This document shows, one piece after another, positions 24,695-46,985 of a stretch of 64,000 bases of DNA. Made by a program: the position numbers and the translations under genes. Location of the stretch: NCBI GenBank assembly GCA_012295275.1, contig CM022667.1, forward strand, positions 15,934,001 to 15,998,000, read 5' to 3'. Each line of letters begins with the position of its first letter. The stretch's first letter is position 1. The notes under the pieces are model-generated. The model was given only the letters and a program-made list of their open reading frames with translations. It had not been told where the DNA came from and made no database searches. The stretch comes from Chrysomallon squamiferum. Lineage: Eukaryota; Animalia; Mollusca.

Positions 24695-26026
24695 ATGGAG
24701 GACAAAGAACAAGAATCCACCTTCATGGAGGTGCACGAGATCGTGGTACCTCACATTGGTCATGTTCCTATAACAAAAGGAGATTTCCACTACTTGCCAA
24801 AACAAGTCAAGCGATGGCTGGCATTCTGTGTAAGAACTATATTTTAATGCAATAACATTAAATTTAAGAATTTTATTCAGTTTAATAAATTTAAATTTAT
24901 GTTAGACACAGAGCACTTGTAATAGTTTTGATGACAACAGGCTTGTACAAAACCATTTTAAATGAAGGGGGAAAAAACAAAACATTTCATCAGTGCAATA
25001 TCATTTTAATACTATTTTAATCATATGCATCTGTTTTAATTTCAATTGTAAGAAAATTCGTTAGTTTGTGTTTATTTTTATTTTTATGACAAATAACCGC
25101 TGCTGATATCGATTCATTCATTAACTTAAAAAAAATCACATAATCTGGATTCATAATTACTGTGACTTTTTAATCAATGAAAGTAAATGGTCCCATAAAG
25201 GTGTTTGGTGTGTGTGTGTGTGTGTGTGGAGGGGTGTGCATAAGTGCATACTTGAGGGGGGGGGTGCATGTGTGTGGGATTACTACCAGTGTGTATTTTA
25301 ACCAGAAATGAGTGAAAATGATGGGTTATTGTTTATTTGGTTAATTCAGGTTGAACTGTGTCGACCTCGCTGTCTGTACATCTGTGATGGATCTCAGTCA
25401 GAAGCTGATGAAATCATCAGTAAACTCATTGAAAGAGGAACTCTGACAAAGCTGACGAAGCTTAACGAATGGTTAGTTAACAGGATTGGTACAGCAACAT
25501 TGTTGTTGTTGTTTTTAATGCAGTCTTACATATTAGTGCATATTATTAAAATATAAATTTTTGCAGTGTTAGCTGTATTCATCCAGCTTAAAAAAATAAC
25601 AAATAAAAATAATAAAAATAATAAAAATAAAAACAAATTATATAAAATAAATAAATAAAATTAAAACAAAAAAAACTCAACAAAAGATAATCATTACAAG
25701 TGAAAGTTTTGTTAGTGTTGGTGTGATAAAAACTTTGAAGTAATTATTACAATAAAAGTTATAATAAAATAAAAATGTGGCAGATAAATATAACATATGA
25801 ATATTTAATAGCAAGCTGTTACAATATACAAACAAACACATTTTTTTAAAACAAAGTCGCAGTAGTATCAAACATTTAATATCTGCATAAAATTTAAAGT
25901 ATAAATTAAAATATTGTACAGAGTTTTAATCACAAAGAATGTACTAAATCTTTTGTAATATCTAAAGTTGAACACACTGACACAAGTGGTTATCTTTGTA
26001 AAGAGTAAAACATATTGACCATTTTA

Positions 26027-26060
<34 letters not shown>

Positions 26061-29000
26061 AGAGAGAGACATAAATACAAATATATTCTACAAATATATT
26101 CTGCAAATTGACCTTTATAAACCCGCTGTTTATTATTTATGACAAAACAAAAAACCTGCATTAGTGTTTTTTATATGTATATAAATATAAAAACATAAAC
26201 ATTATAATAACAAATGAGTAGCAACAGCAGAATTTATAAAAAGAATATTGAACTAACACCAGATACCCTGCAGCAGTTATTGTATTTAATAAATATTTCT
26301 AAAAAAAACCTATAACTTTTCTTATAGTAACATATGAATGCACAAGAACAGAAACTGCTTTTTCATTTATGTATTATATTACTTGCCACCATTTTTCTGT
26401 TAAAGTTAGTATCAAAAAACAAAATGGTAAATTCGAATTAAACTACTAGAACAAAAATATTCAAGCTTTTTGACAAAAAGTTGTCTCAGTGATAATGCTT
26501 TTAAGTCTTAACTGCATAAAGGTCAGATATCTGGAACGTATAATTTTTGTGATATTAAAAATATTTGACACAAATTTGCATTATTATTGTGCACAAGAAA
26601 TACCTTTTCAAACACTCATAATATAAGAAATGTAAAATGCATTACATTAGCATGGCTATAAATACCAAAAATAGAAACAAAATTAAATAAATTTTCTTTA
26701 TGTAATTTGAAACTGCATTGGTTGAATTAAATGACTGGTCAACCGAATCATAACTCTGTTTTTATGCTTCAGCTACCTCTGCAGAACTGATCCAAAAGAT
26801 GTTGCTCGAGTGGAGTCGAAGACTATCATCTCGTCTTCTAACAAGTATGATACTGTACCTCATGTTCGTGAAGGTGTCAAGGGCATCATGGGATCATGGA
26901 TGTCAAAAGAAGATCTGAATAAGGAGATGGACAAACGTTTCCCTGGCTGCATGGCTGGTAAGTAAAGAGGATGATTTTGAAGTCTTGCAAATGTTTTTAG
27001 ATGCGTTAATAAAGTGTACTGCTGCAAGCATGATAAAATTACCTAACAAAAATTCTCTATATTTCCAGTTTGTTTTATTGCTTTATTGTTTTGGCTGACC
27101 TGTTGCCATCCATGAATTGATGAAAATAAAATAAATTTTGTGACAAATTATTTGAACTGGGCTAGATTAACAACACAGGAAACATAAGTCGACTTTCTGT
27201 GTGAGTGTAATGTCCACAGCAAAATGGTAGCACAAAAATATTTTTTTAAATGTTTATTTTTTATTTTTATGCTTTATTATTAAGATTTAAAAAAAAAAAA
27301 AAAATAGAAGAAAATAGTAGAAATAAACAGATACACACACATCTTAAGATACATGAGGTGATAAATTTGACTTCACATTTTATTCATATTCATAATATCC
27401 AAACTATGTAACATTAAGGAATGATACCTTTTAAAATCTGTGTAGAGACGTATATACATATATTTTATTTCTGTAACAGGTAGAACAATGTACGTCATTC
27501 CATTCAGCATGGGTCCGATCGGCTCACCTCTCAGTAAGATTGGAGTGGAGGTGACAGACTCTAACTACGTGCTGCTGTGTATGAGGATAATGACCCGAGT
27601 TTCTCCCAGAGTGTGGGAGGTGCTAGGGGATCATGACTTTGTCAAGTGTCTCCACTCCATGGGCTGCCCCAGACCTGTCACTAGTATGTGTTCTTTGTTT
27701 TCTGATTTTGTATTAATTAATTGATTTCACTTATTTATCAGTTTAGTGTTGTTCTTTATAATGTTTGATTTGTTAATTGGTATTTATTGGTGATATGACT
27801 ACATATGATTTGTTTGCTTGATTTTAAAATATTCTTTTTTTATCTAGTTATTTTCTCTAAAGTTTTAAATCATTGTATAATGTATTTTGTAGACATATAT
27901 ATATATAAACAACAACTTGTAAGTGTTACTGTAACAACTGATACCATTACCATTACCACCACTACTGCTACTACCACAACAGTACCACTGTTACCAAAAC
28001 ACCACTACTGTCATCACTACTATTAACACGATCACCACTACTACTATTACTATTACTACAACAATACCATAATATTACAATATTTCTGCTAACAGGGAAA
28101 GTGATCAACCACTGGCCATGTAACCCTGAGATGGTTATGATCGCTCACTTGCCTGAAGAACGTAAAGTGAAGTCGTATGGAAGTGGATATGGTGGTAATT
28201 CGCTGCTGGGAAAGAAATGCTTTGCCCTCAGAATTGCCAGTGTCATTGCCAGGGATGAAGGCTGGATGGCAGAGCACATGTTGGTAAGCACAAATATAGT
28301 GGCAGGATAAATGCTGGTACCAAATATTAACCCTGCAAAAGTTGCAGGCCAGTTTTTAGTCTAAAATCAAGTGGTAGAAAGATAAAGGAAAAAATATTGA
28401 CATGAAATATGATTTATTCATGAACTATCATAGAAACTTGAATTTTAATAAATAAATGACTATCAGAGTTGCTTGTAAGTGCTGTAAAGTGCATATTCTT
28501 AACTAAACAGGTAAACCTCAAATATGTTAGTGGACTGAACTTTTCTTTTTTTGCTATGGTTTGGATCTGAACAGAAAGATAAAAAATCTGTAGAACTAAT
28601 TGTGCAGATATTCATTTGACTTGTCTTGTTATAGGATAAGATTTCATTATTGTCCATCAACAAATACATGTGTTAATGCAATACTAAACATTTCCTTTAT
28701 TGATTTTTTAAATTTAATTTTTAATGTTTTAAACTTATTTATTTATATTTCTTTTTAAAGATCATGGGTATTACAACTCCCAAAGGAAAGGAATATTTCA
28801 TTGCAGCCGCTTTTCCAAGTGCTTGTGGCAAAACCAATCTTGCCATGTTGAACCCCAAACTGCCCGGATTCAAAGTTCAGTGTGTTGGTACGTATGTAAT
28901 GGAGTACGTTTTATTTTAAATTTTAAATCATTTTTCATATTACTCTATATTTTGGCATTTTTTATTACTGTATCTTGCTATTTCTTCTGTTGTTTTAAGT

Positions 29001-32000
29001 GTTTTATTATTTTTGATTATGTCAATCAGCATTTAACTTGAACAATTTTGGTTTTGATTTGACAAGGTAATAATAATAATAATAATAAAAACATGAAAAA
29101 AAGAAAAGATTATTTTTATATTAATGTTTCAATGTTTTAATGTATTTAAATAAAGAATGGGCAACCTTTTTCATCACAGTTCCATACAGTTTGTCTATGA
29201 CTGCTTTAAGTATTGAAATTATCAATTTAATTGAAACTCAGTTTACTACTACAAGACAAAAATTCAAAATGTTACATAAATTTACACTATGAGTCTGTTA
29301 TAAATCAAAATACTAAAATAACAAATCCTATCCATCCTTGCTGTTGCTAGGTGACGACATAGCCTGGATGAAGTTCAATGACAAGGGTGAGTTGTACGGT
29401 ATTAATCCCGAGTCTGGATTCTTTGGTGTGGCTCCAGGAACTAACTTCAAGACCAACCCCAATGCCATGCTGACCTTCCAGAAGAACAGCATCTTCACAA
29501 ACACTGCAGAAACAGCTGATGGTGGTTACTACTGGGAGGGGCTTGAGGATGAAGTAGATCCTGTAAGATTTCTGCTTGTTCCTTTTCAAGAAATTTATTC
29601 TGTTCAGAATGCATTACATAATAATGAAAGAGATATTTAAATAGTTTTGGTTTATTTAAAGATCATGTTGAACATTTGTTTTAAAATAAATATTTGTTTT
29701 TCTTTAGCAGTTTTTTTTAGAATATTTAGAGGTTTTAGAATACATTTCATGTTTCTATAACAATGTGTGTACAACAGATTGTTTTAGAATATGTATTTAT
29801 TTTTTATTGATAAAAATAATAAAATAAGTAAATAAGTTTGTATCAGAGTTGCCATATTTTATATACATTCAAATAGAGCTACATTCAAGATTATCAGTTT
29901 CTGATTCTCCCTTCCTCCAGATATATTTTGTTTGTTGCTTTGCAGCATGTTGGAATCACGGACTGGCTTGGTAATGAGTGGAGAAGAGGAATGCACTCCC
30001 TAGCTGCCCACCCCAACTCCAGATTTACTGCCCCTGCCAGCCAGTGTCCAATCATCCATCCCAGGTGGGAGGATCCACAGGGTGTGCCAATCAGTGCAAT
30101 CATCTTCGGTGGACGAAGACCCACAGGTAAAAATGATTTTTTTTTTTTTTTTACTGTTTGTGTTGAATATTTCAATTTTAAAGTTTTAGGAATGTTAACA
30201 TTATTTACTTATTTGTATCTGTTTTTATTCTGTTTACAATTTTGTTTTATTAATAGATGTTGCTAATATTATTTACATGATATTCAGATGTGAAAGAAGT
30301 CATCAAAAATGGTTGTTTTATTATAAAGAAGAAATAGAATAAAATATAATCTGAAACAAAAAATTTCAGTAATTATAATGACAGTACTTAACAGTAGCTT
30401 CCAGAACCTTGGATACAATATATAGAATGATACTTCACAAGCCATGTATAACAGTACCATAATAAGATTTTTCAGAGAAGAAACAATTTTGATTCCATGT
30501 TTTGGTACATACTACCATATTTAATTAATTATCAAAGTGTTTCTGGTTTTTTAAACATGACTAATATAGACTGTTTATTGTTAATTGCAGTTAAAGTTAT
30601 GAAACTGCATGAACAGGTTTTTAGTTTTTGTTGTTTAAACAGGTGTTCCTCTGGTGGTGGAATCTTTCAACTGGGCTCATGGTGTACTTCTGGGAGCCTG
30701 CGTGAAATCTGAGGCAACTGCAGCAGCTGAGCATACTGGTAAAGTATTGGGTTATCTCCCATTTGATGGTCTTGTATCTGTAATAACAAATAGATGATCA
30801 AATAATGCATGTACAGTTGAAGCATGAAATATCAATAATGTAAACTGTTTTATTATTTCATTGTTATTATTATGACTATCATATAGCTTTATTAGTATGT
30901 GATATTACTGTTCACAGTGAAGAATAATATTTTGGTTGCAACTATCTTTGATAAATTATTATTACTATTATTATTATTATTATTATTAAAGACTAATATA
31001 AAATTATAATTTTAAATTTTTACAGGCAAGAAAATCATGCATGACCCAATGGCCATGCGGCCATTCATGGGATACAACTTTGGTCACTATCTTCAACATT
31101 GGTTTGATCTGGAGAAACCTGACCGTAAGGTAAACAACTTGCCTACCTTCCCATGTTCCAAAATTTTAATTGTTTAGTCAACATTTTATGGATATAGCTG
31201 GAGTTTAAATGCATATGCAAATTTCTGTACGCATGATGACAAAAATGGTTAACTGCTTTTTAGAATGTGAATTTTTGTCAGAGTTGAAAAACTGGTTAAT
31301 AATTTATTTTGTCAAATACATTGGTTTCTGTGTCAGTGACAGGGAAGAGGGGAGGGGTAGGGAGTTAAAGGGGATTCTCACACCTGACAACACATCCAAA
31401 GAATGGAGTGCAGGTCAGTGGATAGACCCATTTGAACATTCACTCCTTCTTTGTAAACACTGATTCTCTTTAACTGATGTTTTTGTTGCAGATACTTTAT
31501 TCTGAAATCATTTTAAATTACTTAAATGTATATAAGTAATAAATGATTTATTGTTGATTTGATTCAGATGCCCAAAATTTTCCACGTCAACTGGTTCCGT
31601 GTTGATGAAGATGGTAATTTCCTCTGGCCTGGTTTTGGCGACAACATCAGAGTACTGGACTGGATTATCAAACGATGTGATGGTGCAGTGGAAGCCATCA
31701 AGACTCCAATAGGATACCTGCCTAAAGAAGGTTTGCTAATTAATTTTTTCGGTGACTGACTTGACTATCATTATATTGTCCAATTTTCTGTCAATCAGTT
31801 TTTCTTCTTTTTCATTTCTATTGTCTGATTTTTGTAATTATTTTTATTTCTTACTTATTAATCATATTTAAAAAAAAAATGAAATGTGATAATTAACTGT
31901 AGTGTGTATGTGTGTGTGTGTGTATGTGTATTTGTGATGTTGTTTAGGTTAGTTACTTTCATTATATTAAGAAACATGTTCACTGAATCAGAATATAATA

Positions 32001-32434
32001 TTTCAGATTAATTGTAGTTATGTGAATATGTGGCTAGAAATAGATGGATGTAAACATGGACTTTTTTTTATTATTATTACTCTGTACAATAATTGGAACG
32101 AGGTATTGACTGATTTATGGTATTACTAATAGTCTAAAGATCTTGCTGTCTCAAACAGAGATGTAAAAAAATAATCTGTATTATTTTGTCACACATCTAT
32201 ATTTTTAAAATTTAAACAGGTGATATTGATCTCTCTGGACTTGACAAGCCAATTAACTGGAAAGAGCTGTTCAGTCTGCCCAAACACTACTGGCTGGACG
32301 ACACACGTGAGAGCAGACGTTTCCTTGAGGATCAGGTAGGCACAGACACACCCAAGAAAATCTGGGAGATGCTGGCTAAACAGGAGAAGGAGTTTACTGC
32401 AATGCCTGGTCGTCAGATCAGTGAAACTGAGTAA
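24695..32434 (+). CDS. PCK: Phosphoenolpyruvate carboxykinase [GTP], paralogue B, likely cytosolic (~643 aa)
   Basis: Exons 24695-24829, 25350-25471, 26773-26957, 27480-27683, 28096-28283, 28761-28887, 29351-29562, 29946-30126, 30643-30738, 31026-31129, 31568-31730, 32220-32434; 1932 nt with open frame. Strong Kozak accATGG and acidic N-terminus MEDKEQEST. Motifs [54 protein letters not shown]. Confidence 0.96.
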
Positions 32435-35400
32435 AAGAAACAAAGTACAGAAATTATGTTTAGCTGCTACTGGAGGAAGGACATATCACGAACAGCAAAC
32501 ATCAATGCCCCCTCACCCCCACGTACCTTTAAGTAGGTGTCTCATGGTCAAGATACTGTAGCACTTGTGTGGTTTTTTTATGTAGCTATTGGTGTTGAAG
32601 ATTAGAACTTGTTTGTAGACAAGGTTTGATGACATGGTTTAAAGAGATGTGACCATTGTTTGACTTTGCAGACTGAATTTCTTTACGCTATAATATTTGC
32701 TGTATTTTATTTGTAATCACTATTATTAACATATTTGCAAGAATAATTTTTTGATTTGCTATTTATCCGTAGCTTTGTTTTTCTTAGGTAACTTTGATAT
32801 AATTATTTAGAAGTATTTAAATGAATTTGTGATATGTATCACTTTATGTGATACGTTTGTTTTTTTTTTGCCGTCTGTTCTTTTTTTTTGTTTTCTCAAG
32901 TAATATCTGTGAAAAAAAAAAAATTCAGTAATTATTATGAGATTTACATTTTCAAAAAGATATGACAGGCAAAAATATGTATATTTTTGTTGATGGGAGG
33001 ATGTTTGTTAATTAAAATTTTTATAATCATGTTTGAAAAGATTTAACATTTTGTCAGTTTGTATTTGAGATTTTATTAAATTACCGTCTAGAAGTTCTAT
33101 TGTTAAAGAATAATAAATGTTGATTTTTTAATATCCTTTCCCCATTTAATTGATGCATGCACTTATGTGTGTTCATGTGAGAATTTTCATTCCCTATCTG
33201 CAGGTATAATAAAAGCATATATTTTAACAGTGGTAATGACCATCTTGAAGTTGAAAATAACAGGACAATCATTTGAAATATCTGAAAAGTAAATCAAATA
33301 AAAAAATATATATATATTTCCTGAAGAATTTAGCTGACAGTATTTTAATTTTTGACTACATTTTTTGTCATTTCCATTGTTTTTATTTTTACTTACTTAT
33401 TTATTTATTTAGTGAATTTTTTTTTTATTGATTATTTTTTTTTTAACTGACTTGACATATCCAACACAGTTTTGATTCCTCTGTATAATATCCGAAATCT
33501 AGTGCTATAAAAACAAAAAATTGTTATCCGCTAAAGTTATTTGTTTGGGTGTTCATATGCATTTATTTAACTCATCTTGCTCAATTTTAAAAGCATTTCA
33601 AATTTTTTGTTTTTTATGAGGACCATTTTGTCTGCTCAAACTGATGGCATAAACTTGTATTAAAACACAAAAATTTCACTATTATGTGAATCTGAGACAA
33701 AACTTTGGCTTTATTAAAATATATTATATGGAAAAACATTATAATTTTTAAAAGAAAAAATGATGTCTTTCAAACATTTAGTTTTACAATTTAATTCACT
33801 GAATTATATTACCAAAGAAGTAATTATATTTTTTTAAATGCTAAAAGATTTGAGTTGAATTCATTCATAACCAAAAAACAATTCCAACACTTACTACAAA
33901 TCACTTTTGTTACCTGAGTGATTATTCTTCTTTAAGGAAGTGTTCATAAATATTATATAGTTTTTCTTAAGTGTTGAAATATCTATAGAATGTTGTTAAT
34001 TTAATTAAACTTTTTGATTGTCTACGCTTTTCTGTATCATTTTTGAACTTGTTAATTTTGATGTGAAATTCTTTTGTGCCATTTCTTAACATTCTGCATA
34101 TTAGTGCTATTTTCTACCTGTAACCCTCTATGTTATATTGGATAAAACAGATATTGGACTCTTTACACTTAGCAGCTAGCTGCCACTAACTGAGATAATA
34201 CAGTATTTGAACTTTAGATGGGATTTTTTTCCTTTCATTTGTAATCCACTGAACTTTTGTTGCATTATTTATTAATATTAAAAATACCACCATTAGAGAC
34301 ACGATAATAAAAAATTAAAAAATTATTTTAATTACTTTTATAACTGAACTATGAACATTTTCTTCATACATGACATAAAATTCTTTCAAAAGATTATTCT
34401 TCTTGGGGATTGAAAAACGAGATTTAAATTATGACCCTTTTATAAAAAATTTCTACATAGAAATTATATTGGTTATTCCAAATCAAGACATTTAATCATG
34501 GAAATTTTTGTTTCATTGTAAATGCTTTTTTTTTTTAATTTTGTGTATAACAGTAACTATATATCTAAGGATTTGACAAATTCTAGGTGTTTTTAATTTA
34601 AAACCAAAAAAGTAGCTCATTGTAGTTACATCAACAAACAGGGATCTGATCTTTTTAAGACTTACAAATATTTATGTATATGACTAGTATTTCTTATTTG
34701 TTTTGCTTTATATGTAACACTGTTATTATATGTATATCTGTAAACATATTGTATCAGATTTTGTATTAGCAGTCTTTTAGTATCTGAAACTTTAAAAAGT
34801 ATTAAAAAAAATAAAGTAAAACCTATAAAATACTTGTTGCTGTTTTTTTCCATCAGATCTCTTTTATTATTTTAAAGTACAGTGAGATGTTTGAAAATAT
34901 TGGTAGTTTTTTTACTATCACCAAAAACAAAGCCATGGATTATTTTTCCCCATCAGTATGTGCTTTAAAACATGGGTGAAAATGTTAATTTTCATATTTT
35001 TGTGTTATTTGTATTATTTTTAATAGCAAAAGTGTTAGTGTTAATGGAATGATAAATTAAAAAATGACAACTTAGGTTTTGTTATCATAGAAAATGTTAG
35101 TGTCTTTAAACAAACATTTATATTTTCAATTTTGAAACAGACAATAAAAGTAGTTACCAAAAAGCAAATTTTTTTTAAAAATCAGTGTTAATTTTGAAAT
35201 GGAAAAATATGTAATATGCTGTAACCGATTATAAAACTAATCAGTATGTTCTAAGGACATTGTAAAACAAATTGTAATTATACTAATTTTTAACATAAAA
35301 TATCAGAAAATGAACCAGTGTGCTGACAAACAACACGTGATTGAAAAACATTTATTTAACAAAATGAAGTCACAGGCCTCTTTGCTACACACAATTATCT

Positions 35401-35486
35401 GTTCCTTGATCTACAATATGTAATAATCATCATCTGTTATGATGGTTTTTTTTACTCTCTATACATTAATAAAATATTCATTCAAC

Positions 35487-42924
<7,438 letters not shown>

Positions 42925-43059
42925 TATTTTTCACACAAATCACATGCCTCTGTAGAAGCGGCCATCGTAAATAAGGGAGATAACTGTAACACTTGATGAC
43001 AATAACTCACGAAACAAAATAATAATAATAAAAATAAAAAAAATAAAGTTAATTTTTTA

Positions 43060-43090
<31 letters not shown>

Positions 43091-43762
43091 TTTTAAATTA
43101 ATAAACAATGATAACAGCTCAACAAGAAAGGGGAAATGCTGAAAATTTATAACCAATTTAACTTTATAGGGCATACTAGCAAACATAGATACTAAATTGT
43201 ATATTCTGCTCAAGTATTTTTTTTGAAATTTGGTTTATATGTTTAATATCCCCATTTGATGTACAATTTAATTTTCAAGCAGTTTTGACTGCATATTTCT
43301 AAACAGATATTATCAGTTATCAACTGCAGACATCCGTTAAACATAAGTGTCATTAAAAACAAACATCTGAAAATTTGGGATACACTTTCATTTTATTACA
43401 AAAAATGAAATCAATACCTTTTTAATGAACATTTTAACAGCCTTTTATTTAAGAAAACACTGGAAGTGAACTACAGAAGTATGTCAGAACTTAGAAAATA
43501 ATTGTACTTCATTGTCCCTTGCAGCTTTAATTAGTTTCAGGAGTATATATGAATACGACATGCCTGATATGGCTGGTAGTTAAACAGCAGTGAAGAACCA
43601 CAAAACATGAACTTGAAAATTAGTATTATTTAGAACATATGTACACTTAAAAAAAAAAATTGTAACATTTATATGGTTGTTTCCAGATCTTTATATTTTT
43701 TGTTTATGCTAAACATTGATTTAACTGAGTATGATACAGGTTGATTCATTAAAATCTCAGTT

Positions 43763-46700
43763 TTATTTTATTCCGTATCTTGTTGGAGATGGTGTTGCAA
43801 AATTAATAGGATGTGGAACAGACCTGTGAAAAAAATGAGAAAAAGTAATTACACACAAACAAAAACACACATGCGCATTAAAGTAAAATGAGACAAAAAA
43901 ACAACAATAAAACAACATATGTACACATCAAAAATGGAAAAAGAAACAAAACATTTAGTGTTTTTTCAAGATGAATAGACAATTTGGATATTAAACATTT
44001 CAAGCTATTCATCTGAATAAGTAAGTATGAATGAATATTTGTTTAATAACTATGTAACTGATCATTTTCGCTATTTATTTTCCCATATTAAAACAAATTT
44101 TTTGGAAATGTTATTGCATTAAGATGAAAAATGTGTTTACTTACGTTGGTGTGCGCTGTATTTCCATGTCTATTGGCGTACTGCGTGTGGTGCCTGTAAA
44201 AACAAAATTTAAAAACTTTTTTATTAGTTTATAATACTACAAAAGTTGATATAATACTGATATAGCTATCAATATCAACTACATTACTTCTAGTATCTCC
44301 AATACAAATGCTATTATTACTAATATCAGAAACTATTTTTATTATTTCAACAGTTATAAATTAATTTGTAACTTGACATAAGTTTATTAGCAGCAAAGAT
44401 GGTACAACAAAAACTTTAAAACAGTTGTATGGATATTCAATCCATTTGATACTGAAAATGCCATTAACAGTCTTACAATCTTATCCATGAGTCTTAACAT
44501 TAAAGTTGTTTTCTTTTTACTCTAAACCCAATAATTCCCAAAGTTTTAGTTTTCCAGTCCCTTAGCCTTTTGTCTTCATCTTCAAAACACTCAGCACAGT
44601 TCTATAATTCCATGCAGTCAGTCCAATTTATCTGTCTATATATTTAATCTATCTGTTTGAATGAAAGGTGAGAGAACCTGCAAATTAATAATCCTCATCA
44701 CCATTTTTGAAATTCCTGCTGTCCCATGAGTGCAATATTTGTAAACTTTGTTAACCACTGTTCTGAACAAGGAAAACAAAAATATCTTTAGTTCACATCA
44801 CTCAATAATGATATTAGATTTAAAGAGTTACATATATTTTACCTATTCTTCCACCACAGGGTGGTGTTCTGACTGACACACGACCTGGAGCTATTGAACA
44901 TGGAGGAGTTCCAACCTGAAACATTGACCAATTATACTATTTTATAATAGCTTTTAGTTAATTTGCCTATCACAATATGACATCATTTCACTTTCTCAAA
45001 TCACACACACCAAATATATTACATAAAGGACTGTTTCAAAAATAATATAATTTAATTTGTAAATTATAATAAATGGTAACTAAATGAAAGTACAAAAATA
45101 TGGAATTTTATTTATATTTTTTTTTTACAAATAATAAAGTAAAATTTAAAATATTATAGTTTGAAAATAAGACTTTTGGTTATTAAAAGACTTTAATTTT
45201 GTACAGTAAATATTTATAAAAAAAACCCCACAAAAAAAAAAAAAAAACCACCATAAAACAAACAAAAAACACAACAACCTCAAAACAAAAACAAAAGACA
45301 AACAAAACAAAAAATATAATAATATATGTATATAATGATACTTGCATATGTATTGTTCATTTTCTTTACCTGTGAACCAAGCTGAGACCTGAAAAAAAAA
45401 ATAAAAAAAATAAAAAAAAATTCAAATTGTGACACTCAATTTTGTGACAGATTTAGTACATAGGGATATAAAACAAATCAGAGACAGACTGTTGCAGCAA
45501 GGAGAGCAAACAACAAAGTGGATATAACCCAACCTACTTACTGTAAATGTGGACAAAACCTCGACCTGACAGAGTGGACATTTTGCCAGAAATATGTCCA
45601 CATATCCACCTGTGTCTCTGCCTCTCTCATAAACACTCACAATGACATACATATAATATACAAATTTATTTCCTTAATACTCACTGCAGAGCAGCGTTAA
45701 TTCTGTTAAGATATGGCAACGGAGATTTACCAGGTGAATCTGTTTAAAAGAAATTAATTCTCATGATGAAGTTTTATTTATTTATTCATACACCATTAAA
45801 TATAATGAATAAACGTGTGCAATTATATGATTTAAAAGATCACTGAAAAAAGAAAAGAATAAAAGACAAAACCATTCTTATATATGTATTACTGGAAAGA
45901 TCCCTTTAACAGTTAATATAATAATAATTTATGGAGGTTATGTACTTTCCTATTAATTTTATTTGACTGAATATGAAAAATACAAAGGGTTTTAAATTTC
46001 AAAGTGCAATTGCTTTGTAGACTTACCTCGATGAGCTGGTGAAGATGACATCTTACTTGGTGTTCCAGGTCTGAAGCATGAAGACAAAAATAATAGTTAC
46101 AACAGCAGTTATAACAAAAACAACATTAATAATGAATGTAATAAACTGTTTCTATTAATAATAAAAATAAGATTATAACAAAAATAAGAAGAAAAGATAA
46201 AATACCATTTTTATTAATATCAATATATATCAAAATAATTAGATTATGAAAAATAAAATAAAATATCCATTAATAATATTTATACAACTGCAAATTTTAT
46301 GTTAAGCTTTTTAAGTGTAGTTTAAAGAAATATTTTAAAAGGACAGATTAAATACATTCAGTATATTAACATAAATTTTAAAAACCTAACAACAATGGAA
46401 TTATTAAGACACAAATTAAAAAATTTGTTTATAAATTTTGTTTAAAATGTTAACAAAATAAAGATGAACCGAGATCGACTTATTACTTTCAGTTAAATGT
46501 ATGAAGATCAAAAAATAAATAAATAAAAATGAATACTATTAAATGAAACAAATTAAAATTATATTAAGAATATAAAGCAGTTGTTTTTAATTACCTTGAA
46601 TGACTTCCTAAACCCTAAAATTAAAAAATAAATCATTCTACATTGTTTTCCATTAAATTACAATTTTCTACAATAAAATTAAATAAGAAAGGAAATAATG

Positions 46701-46939
46701 TCAGAACAATTAAAATGTTGAAGGTTGTAAATTCTTCTCCATAATTTAGTGACAGATTCACAGAATGTAATAAAAAGTAAAACTCTGACAATCAGAAATA
46801 AATTATATATATATATAAACAACAACTATATATAACAATAATAATTCCTGAAAATATATTGAAATTACCTTCTCAGATATCAACCGTTTCAAATATGAAT
46901 TCTCTTCCCTTAATTTAATAATCTCTCTGAAAATAAATG

Positions 46940-46985
<46 letters not shown>

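Noticed and set aside
43969-44014. 10-bp inverted repeat AGATGAATAG..CTATTCATCT
   Set aside because: It is short, AT-rich and intronic, and compatible with chance.
44640-44765. Possible alternative terminal exons of RNF212 (acceptor-like sites at ~44677 and ~44762, minus strand)
   Set aside because: They give only short stop-terminated peptides. The downstream exons already give a clean model, and there is no support without RNA data.
45422-45700. Cys-containing ORFs or an extra RNF212 exon (~45540-45609)
   Set aside because: The acceptor lacks a pyrimidine tract, and the donor phase would break the frame with the next exon.
45831-45908. TTAA-flanked MITE-like remnant; also a repeat-like fragment at ~46997-47040 and TTAAAGGGGAC at ~40385 (minus strand)
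   Set aside because: The termini match poorly and the fragments are too short to classify without a repeat library.
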